DNA from: an uncultured Candidatus Berkelbacteria bacterium
GTDB lineage: Bacteria; Patescibacteriota; UBA1384; UBA12157; JAENIV01
Direction of reading: 5' to 3'
Assembly (NCBI GenBank): GCA_963698075.1
Contig: OY969116.1
Coordinates: forward strand, 862,131 to 926,130
Length of the DNA: 64,000 bases
Position numbers and translations under genes: made by a program. The notes under the pieces are model-generated. The model did no database searches and was not told where the DNA came from. It worked only from the letters and a program-made list of their open reading frames with translations. Below are positions 25,809 to 35,872 of the stretch, piece after piece. Position 1 is the stretch's first letter. Each line of letters begins with the position of its first letter.

Positions 25809-26988
25809 ATTAACCAAAATCTTTGGCATTATCATTGTTGCCCTGGTTTTTTATTTCCTTGGGTATCTCGTTGGTCATCGAAATATTGTCTTCGAACAAA
25901 ATCTTAAACCGACGATTGTTAACACCAATCTTGGTCAACCAAAAGACGTTGATTTTTCCACTTTTTGGGATGCCTGGAAACTGGTCACTGATAAATACGT
26001 CGGTCAATATTCCGCACAAGAGATGGTTCGTGGTGCCATCAAGGGCATGGTTGAATCTCTTGGCGATCCTTACTCGGCCTTTATGGAACCGGGTACTAAT
26101 CAAATGTTCTTGGAGGATTTGTCTGGAGAAATCCAGGGAATTGGTGCGGAAATTACTTTAAAGGACGGCAAGCTTTTAGTCGTCTCACCCTTAGATGGCT
26201 CGCCTGCCAAAAATGCCGGTCTTAAGCCCCAGGATGAAATTTTAGAAATTGACGGCGAGAAAACTAACGATATGTCTCTTGATGAGGCGATAGGTAAAAT
26301 TCGCGGTAAGGCAGGGACTGAAGTAACCCTTTTAATTAACCGTTCGGGATTTAGTACTCCGAAAGAATTTAAAATTAAACGGGCGATAATTGTCATCAAA
26401 TCAGTTCAGTCTGAAATGAAGGGGAATGTGGCTTATATCAAAATCACCCAATTCGGCGATGATACTTCGACCTTGGCCAAACAAGCGGCTGACGAGATCG
26501 CTAGTAAAAATCCTCATTCAATCATCCTCGACCTGCGCGACAATCCCGGCGGTTATTTGGATTCAGCCGTTGATGTGGCTTCGCTTTTTATGAACAAAGG
26601 TGTCGTGGTCAAAGAACAAGACAAAAATGGCCGGATTGAAGAACTCCAAACTACCCTTGAAGGAAAATTGGCAAAATATCCGATTTTCGTCTTGGTCAAT
26701 GAAGGTTCAGCCTCGGCCTCGGAAATTGTCGCTGGTGCCTTAAGAGATAGTCGCGGAGCCTTAATTATTGGTAAAAAGACTTTTGGCAAGGGTTCGGTGC
26801 AAGAATTGGAAACCTTAAAAGACAATTCCGCCTTACGCTTGACCGTGGCTAAATGGTTAACTCCCAAAGGCAAGACGATTGATAAAGAAGGCATTAGTCC
26901 CGATATTGAAGTCAATTTATCGAACGAGGATCAAGCCGCTGGCCGCGATCCGCAACTTGATCGGGCTTTAGAGGAAGCGAGTCGATGA
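25756..26988 (+). CDS. ctpA: C-terminal processing peptidase (S41 family, with PDZ domain), membrane-anchored
   Basis: PDZ region and the S41 catalytic motif TFGKGSVQ. The start is uncertain: either the ATG at 25756 or the TTG at 25792 after AAGGAG. Confidence 0.8.
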   Translation: MKFWAAALSRSHLKVFTKLTKIFGIIIVALVFYFLGYLVGHRNIVFEQNLKPTIVNTNLGQPKDVDFSTFWDAWKLVTDKYVGQYSAQEMVRGAIKGMVESLGDPYSAFMEPGTNQMFLEDLSGEIQGIGAEITLKDGKLLVVSPLDGSPAKNAGLKPQDEILEIDGEKTNDMSLDEAIGKIRGKAGTEVTLLINRSGFSTPKEFKIKRAIIVIKSVQSEMKGNVAYIKITQFGDDTSTLAKQAADEIASKNPHSIILDLRDNPGGYLDSAVDVASLFMNKGVVVKEQDKNGRIEELQTTLEGKLAKYPIFVLVNEGSASASEIVAGALRDSRGALIIGKKTFGKGSVQELETLKDNSALRLTVAKWLTPKGKTIDKEGISPDIEVNLSNEDQAAGRDPQLDRALEEASR

Positions 26989-27431
26989 AGAAAGTAGTTA
27001 AATCTATGCAAGTTTTATTAATCAAAGATGTTGCCAATTTGGGTCAAGCAGGGGAAATCAAGGATGTCAAGCCAGGATATGCCCGCAATTTTTTAATTTT
27101 AAAAAAATTCGCCGTTTTGCCGAGTGATCCCCAATCTCAAGATTTTCTTCGCGAAAGAGCCAAGAGAAAGCAAGAATCAAAAGCCCAAAAGGATATGACA
27201 TTGTCAAAATTTGACGAATTGACAAATAAAAAAATTGTTTTTAAAGTCAAAGTCAATAAAAAGGGAGTGTCTTTTAAAGCCGTTGGTGCCAAAGACATTG
27301 CTAAAAAACTGGACATAATGGAGGATTGGGTAAAAACAGAGCCGATTAAAGCTCTCGGTGACCATCCAGTTTTAATCAAATCGGGGGATTTAAAGACTCA
27401 AGTTTTAGTTGCCTTAATTCCTGAGAAGTGA
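26985..27431 (+). CDS. rplI: Ribosomal protein L9
   Basis: MQVLLIKDVANLGQAGEIKDVKPGYARNFLI is the L9 N-terminus. The alternative start is 27006. Confidence 0.85.
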   Translation: MKKVVKSMQVLLIKDVANLGQAGEIKDVKPGYARNFLILKKFAVLPSDPQSQDFLRERAKRKQESKAQKDMTLSKFDELTNKKIVFKVKVNKKGVSFKAVGAKDIAKKLDIMEDWVKTEPIKALGDHPVLIKSGDLKTQVLVALIPEK

Positions 27432-27456
27432 TAGATTCAAATTACAAGGAGGGGTT

Positions 27457-28239
27457 GTGGATGATGATAATTTAGAAAAACCATTGAAAATGCCCGAAAG
27501 TGGGGGCGTTGATTATTCCAATCTTTCCCAGCCTGAACCGATGGGGGGAAGAAACGCCCAAGTTACTGGACCGACATACTTCGCCCGCCCGCCACGTCAG
27601 TCAGTAAGTCCCAAGCCGAGTGCCAATCAACCCCCGCCTGCCGGTCCTTCCGGGCGACGGCTTCAACCGATAGAAGATCAAGAACCCAGAAATCCCCTTG
27701 TTTCTTTAATTCTGATGATTTTTTTAAGTCTGATATTAGTGCTGGGCATTCTCGTTTTTATTTCCTGGAAAGGTTGGATTTCTTTGGGAGGGCTTGAAAA
27801 ACTTTGGGGAGGTGGGGAAAAAGCCTTGCCAACACCGACGGCTGCCATTTCGGTTGAACCTTCTTTGACAGTTTCTGAGTCACCCACAGCCAACACGTCG
27901 CCCGTGGTCACCACCAATGTCAATGATCAAACGCGCAAAGCTGATTTAGCTAAGATTAAAGAAGCTTTAGTAAAATATTTTGCTGATAATAACCAATTTC
28001 CACTAGCCACGACAGGAGTAAAAACATCAGATCCGGCGAGCATTCTAGCTCTAGCCTTAGTTCCAAAATACCTCGATAAACTGCCGGATGATCCGCTGGC
28101 ACCCCAATATTATTATAGCTATAAATCAGACGGTCAAAGTTTTGAATTAACGTGTGTGTTGGAGGACAAAACCGATCCCGAGGGCGTAAATGTTGGCCAA
28201 TTCTATATATACAAATTGACAGGTTCCAAGGGGACCTAA
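27457..28239 (+). CDS. Membrane protein with a disordered N-terminus and a C-terminal region resembling the T2SS pseudopilin (GspG-like) globular domain
   Basis: C-terminus PDDPLAPQYYYSYKSDGQSFELTCV. There is no N-terminal prepilin leader. Confidence 0.35.
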   Translation: MDDDNLEKPLKMPESGGVDYSNLSQPEPMGGRNAQVTGPTYFARPPRQSVSPKPSANQPPPAGPSGRRLQPIEDQEPRNPLVSLILMIFLSLILVLGILVFISWKGWISLGGLEKLWGGGEKALPTPTAAISVEPSLTVSESPTANTSPVVTTNVNDQTRKADLAKIKEALVKYFADNNQFPLATTGVKTSDPASILALALVPKYLDKLPDDPLAPQYYYSYKSDGQSFELTCVLEDKTDPEGVNVGQFYIYKLTGSKGT

Positions 28240-28253
28240 AGAAAGGAGAATTA

Positions 28254-28805
28254 ATGATTGCTTTGTGGATTATTTTGGGCATCGTGGGGGTGCTCATCCT
28301 CTGGTTTATTATTGTTTTTAACGGTATTGTTTCTTTGCGTAATCGTACCCAAGAGGCTTGGTCGGATATTGACGTTCAGCTTAAACGCCGACACGATTTG
28401 ATTCCTAATTTAGTTGAAACAGTTAAAGGCTATGCCAAACATGAAAAGGAATTGTTTGAAAAGGTCACTGAGGCAAGGGCTTCAGCGATGCAGGCCAAGG
28501 GGGCTAAAGACGCCGCTGCCAAAGAAAATGTTTTGACCAATACCCTAAAATCAGTTTTTGCCGTTGCTGAAAATTATCCCCAACTGCGCGCTTCAGAGAA
28601 CTTTCAGAAACTTCAGGATGAATTGACAGACACGGAAAACAAAATCGAAGCCGCCCGCCGATTCTACAATGGTAATGTCCGCGATTTCAACATCAAGATC
28701 CAAGTTTTCCCCAATTCAATGGTTGCCGGCATGACTGGTTCCAAAGCATTTGAATTATTCGGCGCTGCCGAGGGCGAAAAAGCCACTCCCGAAGTCAAAT
28801 TCTAA
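28254..28805 (+). CDS. lemA: LemA-family protein
   Basis: One N-terminal transmembrane helix and the LemA coiled-coil pattern. Paired with htpX. Confidence 0.8.
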   Translation: MIALWIILGIVGVLILWFIIVFNGIVSLRNRTQEAWSDIDVQLKRRHDLIPNLVETVKGYAKHEKELFEKVTEARASAMQAKGAKDAAAKENVLTNTLKSVFAVAENYPQLRASENFQKLQDELTDTENKIEAARRFYNGNVRDFNIKIQVFPNSMVAGMTGSKAFELFGAAEGEKATPEVKF

Positions 28806-28809
28806 CATT

Positions 28810-29730
28810 ATGTATAAGGATATAGATTCTAATAAGAGGAGGACAGCTTTCCTTTTGGGTTTTTTCCTCATTTTTGTCATTGGGCTCGGCTATTTATTAA
28901 GTTGGATTTTTGATAATCAATTTATATTGGTGATTGCCGTCATTATCGCCGTTACCCAAGCCTTAGTCTCTTATTATTATTCCGATTCGATCACGCTGGC
29001 GGTTTCCGGGGCAAAGGAAGTTCCGCGAAAAGAACCCTATTTAGATTTGCATCGGGTGGTGGAAAATCTTGCGATTACGGGTGGACTACCCAAACCGAAA
29101 ATTTATATTATCGACGATTCAGCACCGAACGCTTTTGCCACCGGCCGCGACCCCAAACATGCTTCGATTGCGGTAACATCTGGATTGTTGGAAAAGTTAA
29201 ATAAAACCGAGCTCGAAGGCGTGATTGCCCACGAACTTTCACATGTTGGCAACTACGATATTCGTTTGATGACGGTGGTCGTAGTTTTGGTGGGCGTGGT
29301 GGCGCTTTTATCCGATTTCTTTTTACGTTGGACATGGTTTGGAGGTCGGCGTCGCAGTGATGGTGATAGCGGTCAGTTGGGGTTAATACTATTTATTATC
29401 GCCATTGCGATGGCTATTCTGGCACCGCTGGCGGCGACTTTAATCCAATTGGCCATTTCGCGCAAACGTGAATTTTTAGCCGATGCCTCCGGGGCGTTGT
29501 TAACGCGCTATCCCGAGGGTTTGGCCTCGGCGCTCGAAAAAATATCTAAAGACCGTGGACCTTTGGGAGTCGCCAACAAAGCCACCGCCCATCTTTATAT
29601 AGTGAATCCGTTTAAAGAAAATGCCGAAGGCGACGGCCACGGTAGCCGCGGCTGGTTTGCTGGTTTATTCGATACCCATCCGCCAGTGGAAGAGCGAATT
29701 AAAAGATTAAAGGCGATGATTTCGAAATGA
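28810..29730 (+). CDS. htpX: Zinc metalloprotease HtpX (M48)
   Basis: HELSH zinc motif and four transmembrane helices. Confidence 0.85.
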   Translation: MYKDIDSNKRRTAFLLGFFLIFVIGLGYLLSWIFDNQFILVIAVIIAVTQALVSYYYSDSITLAVSGAKEVPRKEPYLDLHRVVENLAITGGLPKPKIYIIDDSAPNAFATGRDPKHASIAVTSGLLEKLNKTELEGVIAHELSHVGNYDIRLMTVVVVLVGVVALLSDFFLRWTWFGGRRRSDGDSGQLGLILFIIAIAMAILAPLAATLIQLAISRKREFLADASGALLTRYPEGLASALEKISKDRGPLGVANKATAHLYIVNPFKENAEGDGHGSRGWFAGLFDTHPPVEERIKRLKAMISK

Positions 29731-31715
29731 CCAAAGAAGCAGCTAAACAAAGAATTGAAAAGTTGCGGGAGCTGATTGAAAAATATCGCTATTCTTATCA
29801 TGTGCTTGATAAATCGCTCGTTTCCGATGAAGTAAATGATTCCCTCAAACATGAATTGCAAGAATTAGAGAATCAATATCCAGAACTAATTACCCCTGAT
29901 TCGCCGACACAAAGAATCGCCGGTGAGGCATTAGAAAAATTTACTAAAGTTACTCACGAAAGGCCGATGCTTTCTTTGACCGATGCTTTTTCATTTGAAG
30001 AACTTAAGGACTGGGAAACTCGGAATGCAAAAGTTATCGAGGGTGACTTTTCATATTTTACAGAACTTAAAATAGATGGGTTAGCCGTTTCATTAGTTTA
30101 TGAAAACGGGCGATTTGTCAGAGGTGCGACCCGGGGCGATGGCCGGGTGGGCGAGGATGTGACCCAAAATCTAAAAACAGTTGAAGCGATCCCGCTTAAA
30201 CTAACAACTGACAACCAACAACTAACAACTACTATCGAAGTTCGTGGAGAAGCTTATATGCCAATCGAAATATTTAAAAAATTAAATATTAAATATCAAA
30301 AAGAGGGGAAAGCGCTTTTGGCCAATCCGAGAAATGCGGCGGCTGGCTCTATTCGTCAATTAAATCCAAAAATAACCGCAGAGAGAAAATTATCTTTTAT
30401 CGCCTGGGATTTATTTGGCCTGGAAACAAAAACTCATGAAGAATCGCATAAAATTTTACATGAATTGGGTTTTAAGACCATCAAAGAAAATCAATATTGT
30501 CGAAATTTGGAAGAAGTCGAAACATTCAAACAAAAAATGGAAAAAGTTCGTGAGAGATTACCTTTCCAAATCGATGGGATAGTTGTCCAAGTCAATGATA
30601 ATGATTTGAAAGCGCGTTTGGGGATAGTTGGCAAAGCGCCTCGGGGAATGATTGCCTATAAGTTTGCGCCCGAAGAGGCAACGACGATTATCGAAGACAT
30701 TATTGTCAATGTCGGTCGCACGGGTACGCTCACGCCAGTCGCGGTTTTAAAACCGGTGTTAATTGCCGGTTCAACGATCTCCCGGGCAACTTTGCATAAT
30801 GAAGACGAAATCCGCAAAAAAGATATTCGTATTGGGGATACGGTTGTAGTTCACAAAGCCGGCGATGTCATTCCTGAAGTTGAAAAAGTAATTAAAGAAT
30901 TGCGGCCGAAAAATGCGCGTGAATTTCATTTTCCTAAAACTTGTCCTAAATGCGGAGGAAAAGTAGTCCGTGAAGAAGGTAAAGCGGCATATAAATGCAC
31001 AAACAAAAAATGTTTTACTATCCAGCGCCGCGGCTTAGAGCATTTTGTTTCACGAGCCGCGTTCGATATGGCTGGCCTAGGACCAAAAATCATTGATAAA
31101 TTCATCGAAGAAGGTTTAATCAAAGACGCAGCTGATTTATTCAAATTAAAAGTGGGCGATATCGAACCTTTGGAGCGTTTTGCCGAAAAGAGCGCCCAAA
31201 ATGTTGTTGATACCATTCAATCTCATAAGAAAATCTCCTTGGCGCGTTTCATTTATGCCTTAGGGATTCCCAATGTTGGCGAAGAAACGGCGATTGATTT
31301 GGCAGAGCGTTTTCGGACAATTGATAATTTACGTAAGGCTAGTTTGGAAGAAATTGATGCTCTCCACGATGTCGGTGGGATAGTTGCCAAAAGCATTTAT
31401 GAATGGTTTCAAGACAGAGGGAATTTAAATTTTATTGATCGCTTAATTAGCGCCGGCATTGACATTGAAAAGGAAGCGATTCATGAAGGCAAATTGTCCG
31501 GCAAGATTTTTGTGCTGACCGGCGGTCTGGAAACAATGACTCGCGATGAAGCCAAAGAAAAAATCCGCGCGCTCGGCGGAGATATTTCCGAATCGGTTTC
31601 CAAAGAAACGGATTTTGTCATCGCCGGTTCCGAGCCGGGCGAAAAATATTCGCGCGCCAAAGAATTTGGTGTTAAAATAATAAATGAAAAGGAATTTTCG
31701 GAACTTACTAAGTGA
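29727..31715 (+). CDS. ligA: NAD-dependent DNA ligase
   Basis: Adenylation motif ELKIDG, OB fold, zinc finger (CPKCGG), HhH and BRCT domains. Confidence 0.95.
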   Translation: MTKEAAKQRIEKLRELIEKYRYSYHVLDKSLVSDEVNDSLKHELQELENQYPELITPDSPTQRIAGEALEKFTKVTHERPMLSLTDAFSFEELKDWETRNAKVIEGDFSYFTELKIDGLAVSLVYENGRFVRGATRGDGRVGEDVTQNLKTVEAIPLKLTTDNQQLTTTIEVRGEAYMPIEIFKKLNIKYQKEGKALLANPRNAAAGSIRQLNPKITAERKLSFIAWDLFGLETKTHEESHKILHELGFKTIKENQYCRNLEEVETFKQKMEKVRERLPFQIDGIVVQVNDNDLKARLGIVGKAPRGMIAYKFAPEEATTIIEDIIVNVGRTGTLTPVAVLKPVLIAGSTISRATLHNEDEIRKKDIRIGDTVVVHKAGDVIPEVEKVIKELRPKNAREFHFPKTCPKCGGKVVREEGKAAYKCTNKKCFTIQRRGLEHFVSRAAFDMAGLGPKIIDKFIEEGLIKDAADLFKLKVGDIEPLERFAEKSAQNVVDTIQSHKKISLARFIYALGIPNVGEETAIDLAERFRTIDNLRKASLEEIDALHDVGGIVAKSIYEWFQDRGNLNFIDRLISAGIDIEKEAIHEGKLSGKIFVLTGGLETMTRDEAKEKIRALGGDISESVSKETDFVIAGSEPGEKYSRAKEFGVKIINEKEFSELTK

Positions 31716-31868
31716 GGGGATATGCGCAAGATTCTATTGCTGGAGATTGCTGTCAGTTTAATGGCAATTTTATTAGTTATCGCCATAAGTTATTGGGCTT
31801 TTCGGACCGATAAATTTTTACCTAAAGCCAGCACAAATGAAATCCAAAAAAAATAATGAGGAGGAGAA

Positions 31869-32663
31869 TTGAAACCAAACAAAACCAGACTCAAGGTTCT
31901 ATTGATTATTTTGGGGATCCTAATTATTGCGTTTGGCATTGTTTTTTACAAATACGGACCCTATTCAGAAGCTGCAAGAGGCGGGATTAAAGGAAAACCA
32001 ACTAGTTCGCCAACATTGACACCGACCAGCTCGGCGTTGCCCATCTCGCCAAAACCATCACCCAGTCCATCGTCGGTAGTCTCGCCATCGCCTTCGACGA
32101 CCGCAACGCCTGCCATTTTATTTTCTGATGATTTTTCCGGGACGCTTTCGAAATGGCAAGTAGTTTATGAAAAAGCTAGTATTTCCAATGGTCAGTTAGA
32201 TTTAATTCCTCTGATTCAAACCTACAATTCTCCGTCAGATACCCACGCACCCTTAATTGTCGCCGGTGATGTTGCTTGGAAAGACTATATTTTCAATGTT
32301 TCCATGAAAACCGTCAGGCAACTTCGACCTTCAAATCCCAACCCCTGGGAAGTCGGCTGGTTGATTTTCCGTTACGTTGATTCTAAAAATTTCTATTATT
32401 TTATTCAAAAGACCAATGGCATTGAATTGGGAAAACTCGTCAATGGTAGTCAGCAGTTTCTTTATACCGCCGGCACGCCAAAACTGACAATCGGTTCAAC
32501 CCATACCTACAAGGTTGTCCTTAAAGGAACAAACATTAAAATCTATATTGATGGTGTGCAAGTGGTCAATGTTAATGATAGTTCATTTTCAGCCGGGAAA
32601 ATTGGGCTCTATAATGAGGATGCCGAAACCTTGTCTGATAATGTTTTAGTGACCTCAAATTAG
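31869..32663 (+). CDS. Membrane-anchored protein with a Pro/Ser/Thr linker and a C-terminal LamG/DUF1080-like jelly-roll domain
   Basis: TTG start after GGAGGAG. The C-terminal domain pattern is W..Y....NG.L.L ... KIYIDG. Confidence 0.5.
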   Translation: MKPNKTRLKVLLIILGILIIAFGIVFYKYGPYSEAARGGIKGKPTSSPTLTPTSSALPISPKPSPSPSSVVSPSPSTTATPAILFSDDFSGTLSKWQVVYEKASISNGQLDLIPLIQTYNSPSDTHAPLIVAGDVAWKDYIFNVSMKTVRQLRPSNPNPWEVGWLIFRYVDSKNFYYFIQKTNGIELGKLVNGSQQFLYTAGTPKLTIGSTHTYKVVLKGTNIKIYIDGVQVVNVNDSSFSAGKIGLYNEDAETLSDNVLVTSN

Positions 32664-32727
32664 GTCTTAATATGCGAAACCCGCCTTCGCATGAAGCTCT
32701 GGCGGGTGATCAGCTGGGATGGCGTAT

Positions 32728-33561
32728 TTAGAAGTTGGAAGTGAAGTTAAGGGCTTTTGCCTTGACCAATCTTCTTAGGAGTTCGATTCTGGGCGTTAGA
32801 ATCGAGTCCAAATCAAGCTGTCGAGTTTGGAAGACAGGCAGTTCTTTCCTCCCGAATCTTTGTCTGGGAGTTATCTCGGTAACCTGATGAGGATCTTTGG
32901 TCACTCGTGGATCCCGGAGACCCTCCATGACCAGGATATCGACATATTGTCTCTGAGTGATACGAGCATCTAAGGTAACTGGTCGAATGATGGCGGAATA
33001 GATGTTGCGTACAATGACGAACTCTCTAAAGTATGCCAGTTTGCCTTGCTCTTGTAGGGCCTGAAACACTTTCCAGTAGTTTATCACTGATTGAATGTCC
33101 TTGATATTAGGAACAAAGAGCATTCTTCGATCTGTACCGAAAGTATCCAACAGGGGATCAGTTTCAGCAATAAACTCAGCGTGGACTTCATCCATTGGTT
33201 GAACTTCAAGGAGCTCGATCTCGCCGCTTGTCAGGAGAATTGGTTCGCCCTCGGCTGGTTCATAGACTTTGCCAAGCTCTTCTTTTGGTACAGCGATACC
33301 GCATGTTTGGCAGAAGAATCCCTGTTTAGCTTGTCCAACTTTTTTGATGACTGTTCTTCTGCGATCTGGTCTCTCGACTGCCACCCTCGTTTTGGGTTTC
33401 GTTGCCATTGGAAGGTCGAGACGTTGCTTGCATTTAATGTGAATAGGGGAGAGGGTTAACTCTTCAGGTTTTTCAGACTCGGCTGAGAAAAGTCTTCCCG
33501 AAACCACAAGATCTTGGAAAACGATCTTTCCCGTCCATTGTGCTCGTGTTCTGGCAGCCAC
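32728..33561 (-). CDS. ku: Ku-domain protein (NHEJ end-binding), GC about 50%
   Basis: N-terminus RAQWTGKIVFQDLVVSGRLFSA aligns with Ku IWKGSISFGLVNIPVKLYSA. CQTCG...GKVYEP...GEPILLTSGEIELL and FIAETDPLLDTFG...GKLAYFREFVIVRNIYSAIIRPV match the Ku core. Confidence 0.7.
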   Translation of the reverse strand: MAARTRAQWTGKIVFQDLVVSGRLFSAESEKPEELTLSPIHIKCKQRLDLPMATKPKTRVAVERPDRRRTVIKKVGQAKQGFFCQTCGIAVPKEELGKVYEPAEGEPILLTSGEIELLEVQPMDEVHAEFIAETDPLLDTFGTDRRMLFVPNIKDIQSVINYWKVFQALQEQGKLAYFREFVIVRNIYSAIIRPVTLDARITQRQYVDILVMEGLRDPRVTKDPHQVTEITPRQRFGRKELPVFQTRQLDLDSILTPRIELLRRLVKAKALNFTSNF

Positions 33562-33651
33562 CCGAGGTGCTCCTTTCGATGTTGTCTAGCGATAGAATTA
33601 TATAATTTAAAATTGCAAAAATCAAGAGCAAAGTGTAAAATCAAAACTGAT

Positions 33652-33948
33652 ATGGCCAAAATTTCTAAAGACGACCTCGAGCATGTCGCCAATCTTGCTC
33701 GTTTGGAACTAAATTCCGAAGAAAAAGCCAAGTTCACTGAACAACTCGGGTCGGTTTTGGAGTATTTTGAAAAACTCGACACCGCCGACACTTCGGAAGT
33801 GGCGGCGATTGATCAAATCAATAATATGGAAAACGTGACGGCGGCGGATAAAATTGGCGAAAAATATGACCGTGATGAACTGCTTGCCAACGCGCCCAAG
33901 CAAGAAGACGGATTTATTAAAGTGAAAGCAATATTTGAAGAAAAATGA
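33652..33948 (+). CDS. gatC: Glu-tRNA(Gln) amidotransferase subunit C
   Basis: ISKDDLEHVANLARLELNSEEKAKFTEQLGSVLEYFEKL matches GatC. Confidence 0.85.
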   Translation: MAKISKDDLEHVANLARLELNSEEKAKFTEQLGSVLEYFEKLDTADTSEVAAIDQINNMENVTAADKIGEKYDRDELLANAPKQEDGFIKVKAIFEEK

Positions 33949-35384
33949 ATCTCAATAAACTAACGTTAAAAGAGGCATCAGAAAAACTCAAAAGTGACGA
34001 GATATCATCGGCCGAGATTGTTGACGATTGTTTGGAAAGAATCGAAAAACATGACAAAGATATTAATGCCTATTTGACGGTCTTATCGGACGAGGCCAAG
34101 AAGGCGGCGGAAGAATCGGATAAGAGCCATAAATGGAAAAGCGAAATTGACGGTTTGTCGATTGCAGTTAAAGATGTTATTTGTACCAAGGGCGTGAAGA
34201 CCACGGCCGCCAGTAAAATTTTGGAAGATTTTGTGCCGCCGTATGACGCGACGGTAATATCTAAACTTAAAAACGCGGGTGCGATAATTATTGGTAAAAC
34301 CAACTGCGATGAATTTGCGATGGGTTCGTCTACGGAAAACTCGGCCTATAAAATTACCAAAAATCCATGGGATACCTCGCGCGTACCGGGCGGTTCATCC
34401 GGCGGTTCGGCAGCCGCGGTTGCCTCGGATATGTGTATCGCGGCGTTAGGATCTGATACTGGAGGATCGATAAGACAGCCGGCTAGTTTATGCGGTGTGG
34501 TCGGATTGAAGCCAACCTATGGTACAGTGTCACGATATGGACTGATGGCAATGGCTTCATCGCTTGATCAAATCGGCGTGTTCGCAAAGACAGTGGGGGA
34601 TGCGGAAATACTCTTTAACATCATTGCTGGTTACGATCCGATGGACTCAACATCAATTCAAAATGCAAAATTCTCAGCCAAGGGCCGATCAGCCTTGGGC
34701 TGGAAAATCGGGGTTCCGAAAGAATATTTTGGCAAAGGATTAGACGAGGGTGTCAAGAAAGTTATTGAAGATGCGATTGAGAAACTCAAAAAAGAGGGAA
34801 ATGAAATTATTGAAATCAGTTTGTCTAACGCTGAATATGCCCTTGAAGTATACTATATTATTATGTTTGTCGAGGTTTCTTCAAATTTGGCGCGCTACGA
34901 TGGAATAAAATACGGCCATAGTACAAAAGAGGCGAAAGATTTGTTGGAAGTTTATTTTAAGAGCCGAGCTGAAGGATTTGGGGATGAAGCTAAGCGTCGA
35001 ATAATTTTAGGCAACTACGCGTCGTCGGCTGGCTATATTGATCAATATTATGCTAAAGCACAGAAAGCACGGTCATTAGTCAAAAAAGATTTTGATGAGG
35101 CATTTAAGAAAGTGGATTTAATCTTGGGTCCGGTTTCGCCAACAACGGCATTTAAAATCGGTGAAAAAACTAACGATCCTTTACAAATGTATTTATCAGA
35201 CATTTATACTATTTCAATTAATTTAGCCGGGCTTCCGGCGATGTCAGTGCCCGCGGGATTATCAAATGGTTTGCCTGTAGGATTGCAAATCATCGGACCG
35301 GTGTTGAGTGAAAACAATATTTTTTCATTGGGAAAAATATTTGAGGGGGTCAGAGGTGAATTACAAAGTGCGCCGATACAATAG
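33945..35384 (+). CDS. gatA: Glu-tRNA(Gln) amidotransferase subunit A (amidase signature)
   Basis: GGSSGGSAAAVA amidase signature. Confidence 0.95.
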   Translation: MNLNKLTLKEASEKLKSDEISSAEIVDDCLERIEKHDKDINAYLTVLSDEAKKAAEESDKSHKWKSEIDGLSIAVKDVICTKGVKTTAASKILEDFVPPYDATVISKLKNAGAIIIGKTNCDEFAMGSSTENSAYKITKNPWDTSRVPGGSSGGSAAAVASDMCIAALGSDTGGSIRQPASLCGVVGLKPTYGTVSRYGLMAMASSLDQIGVFAKTVGDAEILFNIIAGYDPMDSTSIQNAKFSAKGRSALGWKIGVPKEYFGKGLDEGVKKVIEDAIEKLKKEGNEIIEISLSNAEYALEVYYIIMFVEVSSNLARYDGIKYGHSTKEAKDLLEVYFKSRAEGFGDEAKRRIILGNYASSAGYIDQYYAKAQKARSLVKKDFDEAFKKVDLILGPVSPTTAFKIGEKTNDPLQMYLSDIYTISINLAGLPAMSVPAGLSNGLPVGLQIIGPVLSENNIFSLGKIFEGVRGELQSAPIQ

Positions 35385-35838
35385 TGAACATCATAAGAAG
35401 TCAACCGAAGTCCAAATTGTGGAAGGTTTTTTCAAGGCAATTTGGTGGATTATTTCTTTGCCGTTTAGATTAATCTTCGGCCGAAAAAAAGTTTCCGTTC
35501 AGCCCGGCGTCAGTTTGGATAGGGGATACATCCAAACTAAATGGCAGGAAATCGAGCAATTGATACAATTGGGTCGGCCGTCCAATTACGCCCGGGCGGT
35601 TTTGGAGGCCGATAAATTGCTCGATCACATCTTAAAAGGATTCAGGGCGCCGGGAATGACGATGGCTGATCGGCTCAAAGCGTCGCAAAATAAATTTAGC
35701 AAAGAAGGTTATGATGCGGCCTGGAAAGCCCACAAAGTCAGAAACGAATTAGTCCACAACAGCCAATTTGAATTAATGGATTATAGCGCCAAAAATGCCA
35801 TCAATAATTTTAAAAAAGCGATAGACGAATTAATTTAA
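35368..35838 (+). CDS. Membrane-anchored protein with a C-terminal HEPN-like Rx4H motif (KVRNELVHN)
   Basis: The start is uncertain: GTG at 35368 or 35356, overlapping the gatA end. N-terminal transmembrane helix. The HEPN assignment rests on the motif alone. Confidence 0.35.
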   Translation: MRRYNSEHHKKSTEVQIVEGFFKAIWWIISLPFRLIFGRKKVSVQPGVSLDRGYIQTKWQEIEQLIQLGRPSNYARAVLEADKLLDHILKGFRAPGMTMADRLKASQNKFSKEGYDAAWKAHKVRNELVHNSQFELMDYSAKNAINNFKKAIDELI

Positions 35839-35872
35839 TCTCTCGACTTTGCTCGAGATAAAGGAGAAAAAA

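Noticed and set aside
31722-31856. 44-aa hydrophobic ORF (MRKILLLEIAVSLMAILLVIAISYWAFRTDKFLPKASTNEIQKK) after ligA
   Set aside because: It could be real, but the RBS spacing is only 2 nt and nothing else supports it. Left unannotated.
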